64,000 bases of DNA, taken from NCBI GenBank assembly GCA_963796725.1, contig CAWCMT010000001.1:628437-692436 (forward strand). Reading direction: 5' to 3'. This document shows positions 28,984 through 37,670 of the stretch, piece after piece (within the stretch, counting starts at the first letter, position 1; every line of letters begins with the position of its first letter). The translations under genes were made by a program, and so were the position numbers. The notes beneath the pieces are model-generated. The model was not told the origin of the DNA. It ran no database searches and saw only the letters and a program-made list of their open reading frames with translations. Source of the DNA: an uncultured Actinomycetes bacterium (GTDB lineage Bacteria; Actinomycetota; UBA4738; HRBIN12).

Positions 28984-29207
28984 GCGATCCCGCCGACATC
29001 TTCGACCTGCTCCTCAAGGCGGACGAGAAACTGAAGTACGCCTCGGCGGGCCACGGGGACGCACGTGCCCGGCAGGCGGGGGAGCTTCTGGCGCAGGCGC
29101 TGGCGCAGGCTGAGGAGATCGGCAACGAGGCCTTGATCCAGCAGACGAAGGTCCGGATCGCCGACCTGGATGCGATCCTGCAAGGAGATCTCGAGCAGCA
29201 GGAATGA
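28980..29207 (+). CDS. hypothetical 75-aa acidic helical protein
   Basis: Intact ORF whose ATG overlaps the trxB stop (ATGA), which suggests translational coupling. No family recognised. Confidence 0.4.
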   Translation: MSDPADIFDLLLKADEKLKYASAGHGDARARQAGELLAQALAQAEEIGNEALIQQTKVRIADLDAILQGDLEQQE

Positions 29208-29241
29208 GCGCCGCGCCCGGGGTACGTTTCGCTCCGATCCC

Positions 29242-29493
29242 TCAGGCCAGGGACCCCTCGCGCCACCGGATGAACACGGCACGGAGCGCCTCCCGTTCCG
29301 GCGGGGCGAGAGGCTCGAGGGTGAGGGTTCCCGCGATCCGAACCGACTCGCGAAGCTGCTCGAGCGCCCGGGTGCACCCGTCGCAGCCGGCCAGGTGGGC
29401 GTCGATCGCGCTGCGGGTGACCGGATCCAGGGCGTCGTCGAGATAGCCGGTGAGGAGCTCGATCAGCTCGCGGCACGCGATATCGTCGGTCAT
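29242..29493 (-). CDS. zinc-binding anti-sigma factor (ZAS, RsrA-like)
   Basis: Intact 83-aa ORF. Cys7 ... His33-x3-Cys37-x2-Cys40 (HLAGCDGC). The ATG overlaps the upstream sigma stop (ATGA). Confidence 0.8.
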   Translation of the reverse strand: MTDDIACRELIELLTGYLDDALDPVTRSAIDAHLAGCDGCTRALEQLRESVRIAGTLTLEPLAPPEREALRAVFIRWREGSLA

Positions 29494-30129
29494 GTCTCCG
29501 CGCCCCGTTCGAAGTAGGCGTCCAACGCCCGGCGCACCTTGGCTCGAGCGCGGTGCAGCAGCACCCTCTGATTGGTCTCTGTGAGATCCAGAGCATTACG
29601 GACCTCTTCCGAGGACCATCCGGCGACGTCGCGGAGCCGGATCACCTCCGCCTGCATCGGTGGGAGCGCATCGATGGCCGAGGCCACGATCCCCCGCGTC
29701 TCGGCGGCCTGGAGTCGCTCCGGCGGGAGTCCCCGCCAGTCGTTCGGGAGACTGGACCAATGACCTGCCGACGCCGAGTCGGCGCCCAGGAACGATGTCG
29801 GGTCCCAGGTTGGGGTGTCGAGATCGTCGCCGACGAGGGAGGCGAACGGCACGCTCCGTCCCTCCCGCTGACCTTGGGTCTTCGCGATGTTCGTGCAGAT
29901 GCGGAAGATCCACGTCCGCAGGCTTGAACGACCCTCGAACCGTTCGAGGCCCCGAAGCACCCCGATCCACGTGTCCTGGACGACCTCCTCTGCGACGGCT
30001 GCCGAGGCCACGTACATGCGCGCCGACTCGGAGCAGCGCTGGTCCGAGATCGTCCACGAGCATCATGAAGGCGGCTTCATCCCCGGCCTGCAGGCGGCGG
30101 ACGAGCTCGAGGTCGGCGACGGGATCCAC
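29490..30129 (-). pseudogene. ECF sigma factor; one frame break near the N-terminus as assembled
   Basis: ORF 29490..30017 holds region 2.2-4 (EEVVQDTWIGVLRGLERFEGRSSLRTWIFRICTN...VIRLRDVAGWSSEEVRNALDLTETNQRVLLHRARAKVR). Region 2.1 VDPVADLELVRRLQAGDEAAFMMLVDDLGPALLRV lies upstream in another frame (GTG 30129; junction about 30020). Confidence 0.85.
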
Positions 30130-30173
30130 GCGAGCGGAGCCTAGCGCGGAGAGCTGAGCTGTGTCGGGGGGCG

Positions 30174-31263
30174 CTAGGGCCGCGCGATGCCGACGACGGG
30201 TGTGCCGTACCCGGAGACGCTGCCGATCTGCACCTCTCCGCCCGGGCCGGGGTGGCGGGCGTGGATCATCATCCCGCCGCCGATGTAGAGGGCGACGTGG
30301 CTGATGGGTGAGTAGAAGAAGAGCAGATCGCCCGGAAGTGCCTGGCTCATGGACGCGACGTGCGGGAGCACCGCGTACTGCATCGCGCTGGAGTGAGGCA
30401 GCGAGACCCCGACCTGCGCCCACGCCCACATCGTGAGACCCGAGCAGTCGAATCCGACGCTCGGGTCCGCGGATCCGAACACGTACTGCGCCCCCAGCAC
30501 GCTCCTGGCCGCCTGGATCGCGCCGGCGCCCCCGCGCTGGTCGGCGGCGGTGGGGGTGGGGTGCCGCCGCCGCCGCCCGTCGCCGGAGCCGCCGCCGGAG
30601 CCGCCTCCCGTGGCGGAGGAGTCCTGCTGCTGCTGTTGCTGGGCGGCTGCCCGCTGGGCGGCCAGGTAGGACTGATAGTCCTGGTTCGTCTGCTGGTAGA
30701 GGGTCTGCGCCTGGTTCAGCAATCCGCCGATCTGCGATCGCTTCGCATCCACCGCGTTCAGCTGGGTCGTGGCCTCGGAGACGGCTGCGTTGTACTGCTG
30801 GGTGGCCCACTCGGCCTTCTGGTGGGCGGCCTGGGCGACGTTGGCCAGGTCGGCGTCGCTCTGGGCCATGGCCCCCATGTACTCGAGCCGATCGGAGAAC
30901 TGGGTGAAGTTCGTGGGCACCCAGGAGCACGTCGAGCTGGGAGCCCATCCCCGTGTAGGCCTCGGAGGCGCGCTGGCTCAGCTCGGCGAGAGCGGCGTCC
31001 GCCTGCGCCTGGGCGTCCTTCATCTGCTGCTTCGCGTCGGCGAGCTTGGCCTGGGTCTGCTGGAGCGCGACGCGGGCTGGTTGTACTCCTCCACGACGAC
31101 CTCGAGCTGGTGGTTCAGGTCGTGCAGCTTCTGGGCCGCGGCCTGGACGTCGGCGGAGGTGGCGTGATCGGCGTAGGAGGGCGCGGAGGTGATGAGGATC
31201 GAAGGGGAGCACGAGCGCGGCCGCCGTTGCGGCCCGCACGACCCGCCTCCGTGCCTTGCTCAT
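30174..31263 (-). pseudogene. NlpC/P60 (RipA-like) peptidoglycan endopeptidase with coiled-coil N-terminal region; three frame breaks as assembled
   Basis: ATG 31263 gives MSKARRRVVRAATAAALVLP, then | SILITSAPSYADHATSADVQAAAQKLHDLNHQLEVVVEEYN | ...RVALQQTQAKLADAKQQMKDAQ...LDVLLGA | PTNFTQFSDRLEY... The C-terminal catalytic domain is FDCSGLTMWAWAQVGVSLPHSS...HVALYIGGGMMIHA. Junctions about 31200, 31075, 30922. Confidence 0.8.
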
Positions 31264-31319
31264 TTGCCTCCCGGGCCGCCCGATATGCCAACGCCCCCGT
31301 CAAGCGGAGGCGTACCCCG

Positions 31320-31348
31320 AGGCTACAAGGGGATCTGCGCCCCGTCAA
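31320..31348 (-). promoter_or_regulatory. candidate sigma-A-type promoter for the NlpC/P60 gene (TTGACG-17 nt-TAGCCT)
   Basis: On the minus strand, -35 TTGACG (31348-31343), a 17-nt spacer, then -10 TAGCCT (31325-31320). This predicts a leader of about 50 nt before ATG 31263. Confidence 0.35.
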
Positions 31349-31395
31349 ACGCATCGGTTCGGGGGTTGCGCATCGGTCAAACGACCTACAAAGCA

Positions 31396-31425
31396 GGAGC
31401 GAGCGGGTCGCGACCCGCTCGCTCC
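31396..31425 (-). terminator. perfect 30-nt palindrome (hairpin) just 3' of tRNA-Pro
   Basis: GGAGCGAGCGGGTCG|CGACCCGCTCGCTCC begins 6 nt after the tRNA 3' end. On the minus strand it is followed by TGCTTTGTAGG (short T tract). Confidence 0.5.
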
Positions 31426-31431
31426 TCGAGG

Positions 31432-31508
31432 TGGTCGGGACGGCGGGATTTGAACCCGCGACCTCAGCGTCCCGAACGCTGCGCGCTACCAAACTGCGCC
31501 ACGTCCCG
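31432..31508 (-). tRNA. tRNA-Pro (anticodon CGG), CCA encoded
   Basis: Manual cloverleaf: CGGGACG TG GCGC AGTTTGGTA GCGC G CAGCG TT-CGG-GA CGCTG AGGTC GCGGG TTCAAAT CCCGC CGTCCCG A CCA. All stems are Watson-Crick; 77 nt. Confidence 0.95.
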
Positions 31509-32424
31509 AGTGCCCATCAGTGTACCGAGCGAGGCGGACGTCGTCAGGCGCCCCGCGTGCTCGGGCGCGGGACTGAGCTCCAGGATCGTGGCCTCGGGCC
31601 GGCACCAGAACCGGAACGGCGCGAACTTGGACGTGCCCAACCCCGGCGAGGTGTGGAGCACCGCGTCGCCCATCCGGGCCAACCCTTTCGCGATCCGCCG
31701 CGGCATCGCGCAGTTCGTGACCAGGGCGCCCACCACGGGAAGGCAGACCTGGCCCCCGTGCGTGTGCCCGGCGACGATGAGCTCGTAACCCAGGGCGGCG
31801 GCCTCGGGGGCCGAGTCGGGCGAGTGCATGACCGCGAACCCGAAGCGCGCGGGATCGCTGCGGGGGGCGACCCGGTAGTCCTGCGCCTTGATGTGTGCGT
31901 CGTCGAGTCCCAGCAGCTCCACCGATAGTCCGTCGAGATAGACGTCGCGGCGGTCGTTCGTGAGGTCGGCCCATCCCCGTGCCTCCAGCTGCTCTATGAG
32001 GTCGGCGGCGCGTCCACGCACCGCGTGCGGACGCATCCGCGGGCCCTTGAAGTAGGCGAAGTAGTTGAGGGGTCGGGGCACGTAGTAGTCGTTCGACCCC
32101 AGAACGAACCATGAGGCGAGGCGGCCGCGGACCTGGTCGCACGCGGCCACGGCGGTCTCCACCGCCTCGGGCTCGGCCAGGAAGTCGCCCGTTACCACCG
32201 TCACGTCGGCCCGCGGGAGCCCTGCCATGAACCGCGCCTTCTTCTCGTCGTCGTGGACGAAATGCAGATCGGACAGGTGGAGGACGGTCAGGGTCCGGGC
32301 CCGACCCCGTGGGTAGGATGGCGAGTCGGTAGCGGCGGAGCCGGTACCAGGAATGCTCGATCAGCATGCCGTACGAGACGCAGGCGAGTCCCGCGATGAC
32401 CGTGAACACGATGAGGGGAAGCAC
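31464..32424 (-). pseudogene. membrane-anchored metallophosphoesterase; one frame break as assembled
   Basis: N-terminal TM VLPLIVFTVIAGLACVSYGMLIEHSWYRLRRY and LTVLHLSDLHFVHDDEKKARF lie in different frames (junction about 32290). Then TGDFL, LGSNDYY, AGHTHGGQ motifs in ORF 31464..32228. The ORF tail runs 45 nt into the tRNA, so the true stop is uncertain. The start (GTG 32424) is uncertain. Confidence 0.7.
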
Positions 32425-32436
32425 GGGAGGAGTGTA

Positions 32437-32894
32437 GTGACCGACCCGACGCTCAAAGATGAGATCCATCGGCAGATGACCGAAGGCGATGAAGGCCGGA
32501 GACAAGGTCCGCGTCGACACGTTGCGGATGTTCAGCTCGGCGATCCGCTACAAGGAGGACGAGCTCGGCCACGAGCTGTCGGACGAGGAGATCGCTGACG
32601 TCGCCACCAAGGAGGTCAAGAAGCGGACGGAGTCGATGGAGGCGTTCTCGGCGGCCGGCAGGGACGAGCTGGTGGCGAAGGAACGCGCGGAGCGCGATGT
32701 GATCGCTCCCTGGGCCCCTGCCCAGCTCGACGAAGCGGCGGTGGATGCCCTCATCGACGAGGCCTTCGCGCGCGACCGGCGCGACATCGATGAAGGAGAT
32801 GGGCAAGGTCATGGGGTTCGTCATGGGCCGGGCGAAGGGACGAGTGGACGGGACACTCGTTCAGCAGAAGGTGCGGGTCCGGCTCGAGCCGTAG
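32437..32894 (+). pseudogene. GatB/YqeY domain protein; two frame breaks as assembled
   Basis: GTG 32437 after GGGAGGAG. VTDPTLKDEIHRQMTE | MKAGDKVRVDTLRMFSSAIRYKEDE...APAQLDEAAVDALIDEAFAR | TGATSMKEMGKVMGFVMGRAKGRVDGTLVQQKVRVRLEP stop (TAG 32892-32894). Junctions about 32486 and 32776. Confidence 0.8.
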
Positions 32895-32915
32895 CCGGGG
32901 GTGTTCGGGCGCCGC

Positions 32916-35319
32916 CTAGGCGCGCGCGCCGACCGTGATCGTGACCCTCGAACCCTGGTTCGCCGTGGTGCCTCCCGCCGGGTTCTGCGCCACCACGAGG
33001 CCCACCTGAGTGGGGTCCGTGACGATCTTCTGGACGATGGCGACACGTGAACCCCGCGGAGGAAAGGGCAGAGGTGGCTGCGGCTTGCGACATGCCGATC
33101 ACACGGGGGATCGCGGCGGCCGCGGGCACGCCGTTGCTGATCTGCAACGTGACCACCGTGCCGGAGCCGGCCGAGCTCCCGCCCGCCGGCGATTGCGCCA
33201 CGACGGTGCCCTTCGGGTCGATGGAGTTCACGATCTGGATCCGCGACCCGAACCCGGCCGACCGCAGAGCCGCCTCGGCATCGCTCTGCAACATGCCCAC
33301 CACGGTGGGCACCGTGGCCAGGGTGGGCGTGGGGGGCGAAGGGAAGCTCTCGGCCGGTTGTCCCGACATGACGCGGTACATGTAGTTCCGCCATATCGGT
33401 GCGGCCACGGTGCCGCCGAAGACGCTTCCCATCGAGTAGAGGCGTCCCGGAGGTCCGACCCACACCGAGGTCACGACCTGACCCGTGTAACCCACGAACC
33501 ACACGTTGGTGTTGCCGTTGGCCGTGCCGGTCTTGCCGGCGACCGGCCACGTGCCCAGGTTCGCGGCGGTGCCGGTTCCCGAGGTGACCACGTTCTGGAG
33601 CATCGAGGTCACCAGCGCCGCGATCTCCGGTTTGACGACCGCCGTGCAATCCGGCTTGTGCTTGTAGAGCTGGCCGCGGTCGTCCGTTATCGACTCGACC
33701 GTATAGGGCACGCAATGGACCCCGCCGTTCGCGAGGGTCTGGTAGCCGGAGGCCTGGTCGAGCGGGCTCACGGGAACCGAGCCCGTCGCGAGAGCCAAGA
33801 CCGGCAGGAGGTCGCTCGTGACGCCCATCTTGTGCGCCACCTCCACGACCTTCTCCGGCCCCACGTCCTGGATCAGCTGCGCGAACACGACGTTCACGGA
33901 GTCGGTGGTCGCCGTGTACAGGTTGATGAAGCCGGAGTCCCCCGGGCCCTCCGCGTTCGTGACGCAGTTGCACGAGCTCCCGGGCCATCCGCCCGGCGGG
34001 TAGTACGGGGATTTCGACGAGTAGGTCTGGGTGGGAGGGATGCCTTCCTCGAACGCCGCGGTGAGGATGTAGGGCTTGAACGAGGAGCCAGGTGCGTGCG
34101 GGGTGTCGGCGAGGTCGAGCTGGTCCCTCTGGTAGTTGCGGCCCGACAGCAGGGTCCTGATGGCGCCGGTCGAGACATCTTCGGAGACGATGGAGACGTC
34201 CGGTGGCAACGCACCGGGCGGGTGGTAGGGCAGCGCGAGTGCACCGGGGGCGTTGGCGGCCTCCTGTGCCCAGGCCTGCCACTGGGGATCCAGCGTGGTG
34301 ACGATCTTCAGCCCGCCCTCGAATAGCCGGCGCCTTCGCGCGTCGACGGAGCGACCCAGCGGGTCGAACTCACCGTTCGGATTGGTCAGGATCTGGCGGA
34401 TCATGTACGTCACGAAGTAGGGGTTCCGCTGCTGCCGGAACTTGCCGGCGTCCTTGGCCAGCTCGAGCGGCTGCGTCTTGGCCCGCTCGCCCTTCGACGT
34501 CGTCAGGAAGCCGTGAGCCGATCATCGCGTTGAGCACGTCGTTGCGGCGGACCCGAGCCTTGACGGGGTGCGCGATCGGGTCGTAGAAGTTGGGTGCTTG
34601 GATGATCCCCGCCAGCGTCGCGCCTTCGGTCAGGGTGAGCTTCGCGGCGGGCTTCCCGAAGTAGAACTCGGCGGCGGTCCCGATCCCGTAGACGCCGTTG
34701 CGCGAGGTAGATCTGGTTGAGGTACAGCTCGAAGATCTGGTCCTTCGTGTACTTCTGCTCGACGCGGATCGCCAGGGCCAGCTCCTGGAGCTTGCGTTCG
34801 AAGGACCGGTCGTACGGATCCAGGCCGAGCGTGTTCTTGACGAGCTGCTGGGTGATGGTGGAGGCGCCCTCGACGACCTTCCCGCCCGGACGTTCGCCGA
34901 CGGCGGCGCGCAGCGAGCGACGTCCAGTTCAACGCGCCGTGCTTGTAGAAATTGGAGTCCTCGATGGCGAGGACGGCCTGTTGCGCGCGGCTTGCTGACG
35001 TTCTTCGCCGGACACAAGCTCGCGATTGTCCAGGTAGACCGTGGCAAGGACGGTCTTGCCGTCCTGCGCGTAGATCGTCGAGCGCTCGCGGGAACCGGGG
35101 GATCCGCGTGAAGTCGGCGCCCAGCGCCGTGAGCTTGGTGTCGATCCGCTTCACGCCCACGGCCGCGCCCACGAAGGGTGGCGCGATGCACCATGGCCAT
35201 CAGACCGGACGCGACAGGAGCACAACGGGCACCAGCAGCAGGACCGCGAACGGCTTGAAGGCGAAACGGTCGTTGAGGGGGCGGGGGTCCGCCCGGCGGG
35301 GTGGTCTGGACGTGCCCAT
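32916..35319 (-). pseudogene. class A penicillin-binding protein (transglycosylase + transpeptidase + 2 PASTA); about 8 frame breaks as assembled
   Basis: TG motifs QQAVLAIEDSNFYKHGAL, EGASTITQQLVKN, RKLQELALAIRVEQKYTKDQIFELYLNQIYLG, GVYGIGTAAEFYFGK lie in alternating frames (junctions about 35205, 35175, 35083, 34985, 34925, 34700, 34520). The TP domain is intact in ORF 32821..34413 (PGSSFKP, SVN-like, AGKTGT). The second PASTA continues in another frame to a stop at 32916-32918 (junction about 33045). Confidence 0.85.
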
Positions 35320-35358
35320 GGGATGCGCCCAAGGATACTCCTCCGGCCTCCCGGTACG

Positions 35359-36720
35359 ATGGGAGGCCATGCGTCGCGCGCGTCCCCTCTCTTCTCTCTC
35401 CTGGTCTTCGCCGCTGTGCTGCTCGCCTCCCATCGCGGCGTGCCGCCTCGGCCGCGCGACGCCTCGCTCGCGGCCGCGACCCGGCGCCCAGCGTCACTCG
35501 TGGCGTGATCAAGGTCGAGGGGGCGATCGACCGGCCCCTGTATCGGCTACCTGAAGCAGCGCTTGACCAGGCCGAGGCCGACGGCGCCGTCGTGGTGCTG
35601 CAGCTCGAACACCTCGGGAACGCTCGAGCCAGGACGCGCGTGGCGCTCGGCGAGCCGGATCGTCGACCATGTAGGTCCCGGTGCTGGCCTGGGTGGGGCC
35701 GGCGCCGGCGAAGGCGGCGGGCGGCGGCCTCCTGCTGATGTACGCCTCGTCCCTCGCGGGGGTCTCGCCGGGCTCTCAGACCGGGCCGCTCAGATCCGAT
35801 CGACCTGGCGCACCCGACGAGACCTACCCGGGCTCGAGCGCCACGATCCAGGGGTGGCTCGACGCCCGGTAGCAAGGACACACAGCTCGGCTCGGCAGGA
35901 CCGACCGCTGCACGGCGCGGAGGCGCTCGTCTCGGCATCGCGCAGGTCGCCGCGGCCTCCGTGCCCGGACTTCCTTGACCGGTGGACGGCGAGACGGTCC
36001 AGACCGCGGCCGGCCCCGTGGTCCTGCACACCCGCATCGCCACGAGCGAGCAGCAGGCCGACGTCCGGTCGTCGACGTCCGGTTCGACAACATGGGGCCG
36101 GTCAAGCGCGATCGCGCACGGGGTGGCCTCGCCGTCGATGATCTATTTCCTGCTGGTGCTCGGACTCGCCTGCCTGGCCTTCGAGCTGACCCAGCCGGGG
36201 TTCGGGTTCGCGGGGTTCGCCGGGCGTCGGGGATGCTGCGCCTGGCCGCCTACGGCATCTGGGTCGTGCCGCCCGTCGTGGCCCGGGCTCGCGCTGCTGC
36301 TCGGCGGGGTCGGGCTCATGACCGCTCGACGTGCGGCTGCGCAACCTGGGTCTGCTCACGGCGTCGGCCTGGTGGCGTTCGCCGCTGGGGTCGTGTCTGG
36401 CCTGGCACCAGGTGGCCGCCGGCGATCCGGATCTCGCCGTGGCTGATCGGCGGCGCCGTCATCGCCAGCCTCCTCTACTACGGGTTCGCCCTCACGGTGG
36501 CGCTACAGTCGCGCGACCGCATCGTGAACACGCAGCAGGGTCTGATCGGCCTGGTCGGCGAGGCGCGGGGCGGCTGGCGCCCGAGGGTCCGGTGTTCGTC
36601 AAGGGCGCGATGTGGCGAGGGCGGACGCGGCGGGGAGCCCATCGCCGCCCGGCACCCCGGTCCGTGTGCGCGGCGTGGATGGTCTGGTGCTGAGGGTGGA
36701 GGCGGAGCCGGACGCCACGC
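35359..36720 (+). pseudogene. NfeD-type membrane-bound (ClpP-class) protease; heavily frame-broken (at least 8 breaks)
   Basis: Recognisable pieces are scattered over all three frames: signal PLFSLLVFAAVLLAS; VIKVEGAIDRPLYR...DQAEADGAVVVLQL; PVLAWVGPAPAKAAGGGLLLMYASSLAGVSPGSQTGP; VDGETVQTAAGPVVLH; SPSMIYFLLVLGLACLAFELTQPGFGFAGFAG; WLIGGAVIASLLYYGFALTVALQSRDRIVNTQQGLIGLVGEARG; EGPVFVKGAMWRG; PVRVRGVDGLVLRVEAEP. Start and end are uncertain. Confidence 0.6.
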
Positions 36721-36860
36721 CCACGCTCCGGGAGCCGGATCGCAGCCCGCGGACTGATCCATCGGTCTCGAGACGCCCGGCCTGGTGTGCGGAGCTTCCG
36801 TCGAGGCATCGACCGGCTCGATGCGAATCCCGCGCCGCTCCGCTACGAACAACCGATGAG

Positions 36861-37133
36861 ATGGCGCGAAGATCTCGGTCCGCCTGGCAGCACTTCGCCG
36901 CGTGTCGCGGCGAGGATGCGTCGTACTTCTTCGCCCCCAACTACTTCGAGAAGCGGCGCGAGAAGAACGCGCGCGAGGCCGTGGCGAAGGCGTTCTGCGC
37001 CCGTTGCCCCGTCCGGGACGAGTGCCTGGAGTACGCGCTGTAGATCCGGGAGACCCACGGCATCTGGGGCGGCCTGAACGAGATGGAGCGCCGGGCGGCT
37101 CGCTCGGCGCCGCGCCGCCGACCCGCGAGCTGA
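36861..37133 (+). pseudogene. WhiB-family Fe-S transcriptional regulator interrupted by one in-frame TAG
   Basis: MARRSRSAWQHFAACRGEDASYFFAP...AKAFCARCPVRDECLEYAL-TAG(37041-37043)-IRETHGIWGGLNEMERRAARSAPRRRPAS-TGA. The four Cys and the GIWGG turn are in one frame on both sides of the stop. Confidence 0.85.
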
Positions 37134-37185
37134 GCGCCTGCAACGCCGGTTGACGGCCTCCGGTCCGCCGTGCGAGGATGCCGCC

Positions 37186-37650
37186 ATGGACGACGCGCAG
37201 ATCCTCAACCGCTTCGCGACGCTCGGCGTGGAGCTCCCCCCGCCCCGCCGCCGGTGGCCGCGTACGTCCCGGTGCGGATCGTCGGGCGATCGTCGCGTAC
37301 GTGGCGGGTCAGGTCCCGATGCGTGGACGGACACCGTGCTGCATCCCGGGCGGCTGGGCGACGGCGTGTGCGCTGGAGCGATGGCGCGAGGCCGCGGCGC
37401 GCCGGCTGCGCTGCAGGCACTCTCGGCGCTCAGGGCGGCGCTCGGCGGTCGTTCGGCCGGCTGCAGGGGATCGCGCAGGTGACCGTCTACATCGCCGCCA
37501 CGCCGGAGTTCGTCGAGCACCCCAAGGTGGCGAACGGGGCGAGCGAGCTGCTGGTTGACGATCCTGGGTGACGCCGGCGAGCACGCTCGCGCGCCGTGGG
37601 GATGGCGTCGCTGCCGCTGGGCGCCTCGTCGAGGTGGCGGTGATCGCCGA
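37186..37650 (+). pseudogene. RidA/YjgF/L-PSP family protein; about 8 frame breaks in about 470 nt
   Basis: MDDAQILNRFATLGVELPPP | PVAAYVPVRIVG | AIVAYVAGQVPMR | TVLHPGRLGDGV | LERWREAA | AALQALSALRAALG | RLQGIAQVTVYIAATPEFVEHPKVANGASELLVD | ILGDAGEHARA | AVGMASLPLGAS | VEVAVIAE, each piece in a different frame from its neighbour. The end is uncertain. Confidence 0.7.
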
Positions 37651-37670
37651 GCGTCGAACCTCCGGACGCC

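Noticed and set aside
31264-31395. c-di-AMP (ydaO-type) riboswitch upstream of the NlpC/P60 gene.
   Set aside because: The context is right and there are CCCGAACC and ACGGGG-like elements. However, I could not find the conserved GGGGUGAAUC or CAGCUAACCUCGUAAGCG-type segments that I remember for the class. Part of the region is better explained as a -35/-10 promoter. It is kept only as an unverified possibility in the findings.
31396-32424. Genomic island or integrative element at tRNA-Pro.
   Set aside because: There is no integrase, no direct repeat of the tRNA 3' end, and no compositional shift that I could see. The flanking genes are ordinary housekeeping types.
37041-37043. TAG recoding (sense or pyrrolysine-like) to explain the whiB in-frame TAG.
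   Set aside because: TAG terminates several intact, well-conserved genes in the window at the expected position (971, 5753, 63168 and others). There are no pyl genes.
36612-37043. ORF 36612..37043 read as an NfeD C-terminus fused to WhiB.
   Set aside because: The two parts are unrelated families joined by non-conserved read-through. WhiB has its own ATG at 36861. The NfeD stop is probably lost through an indel.
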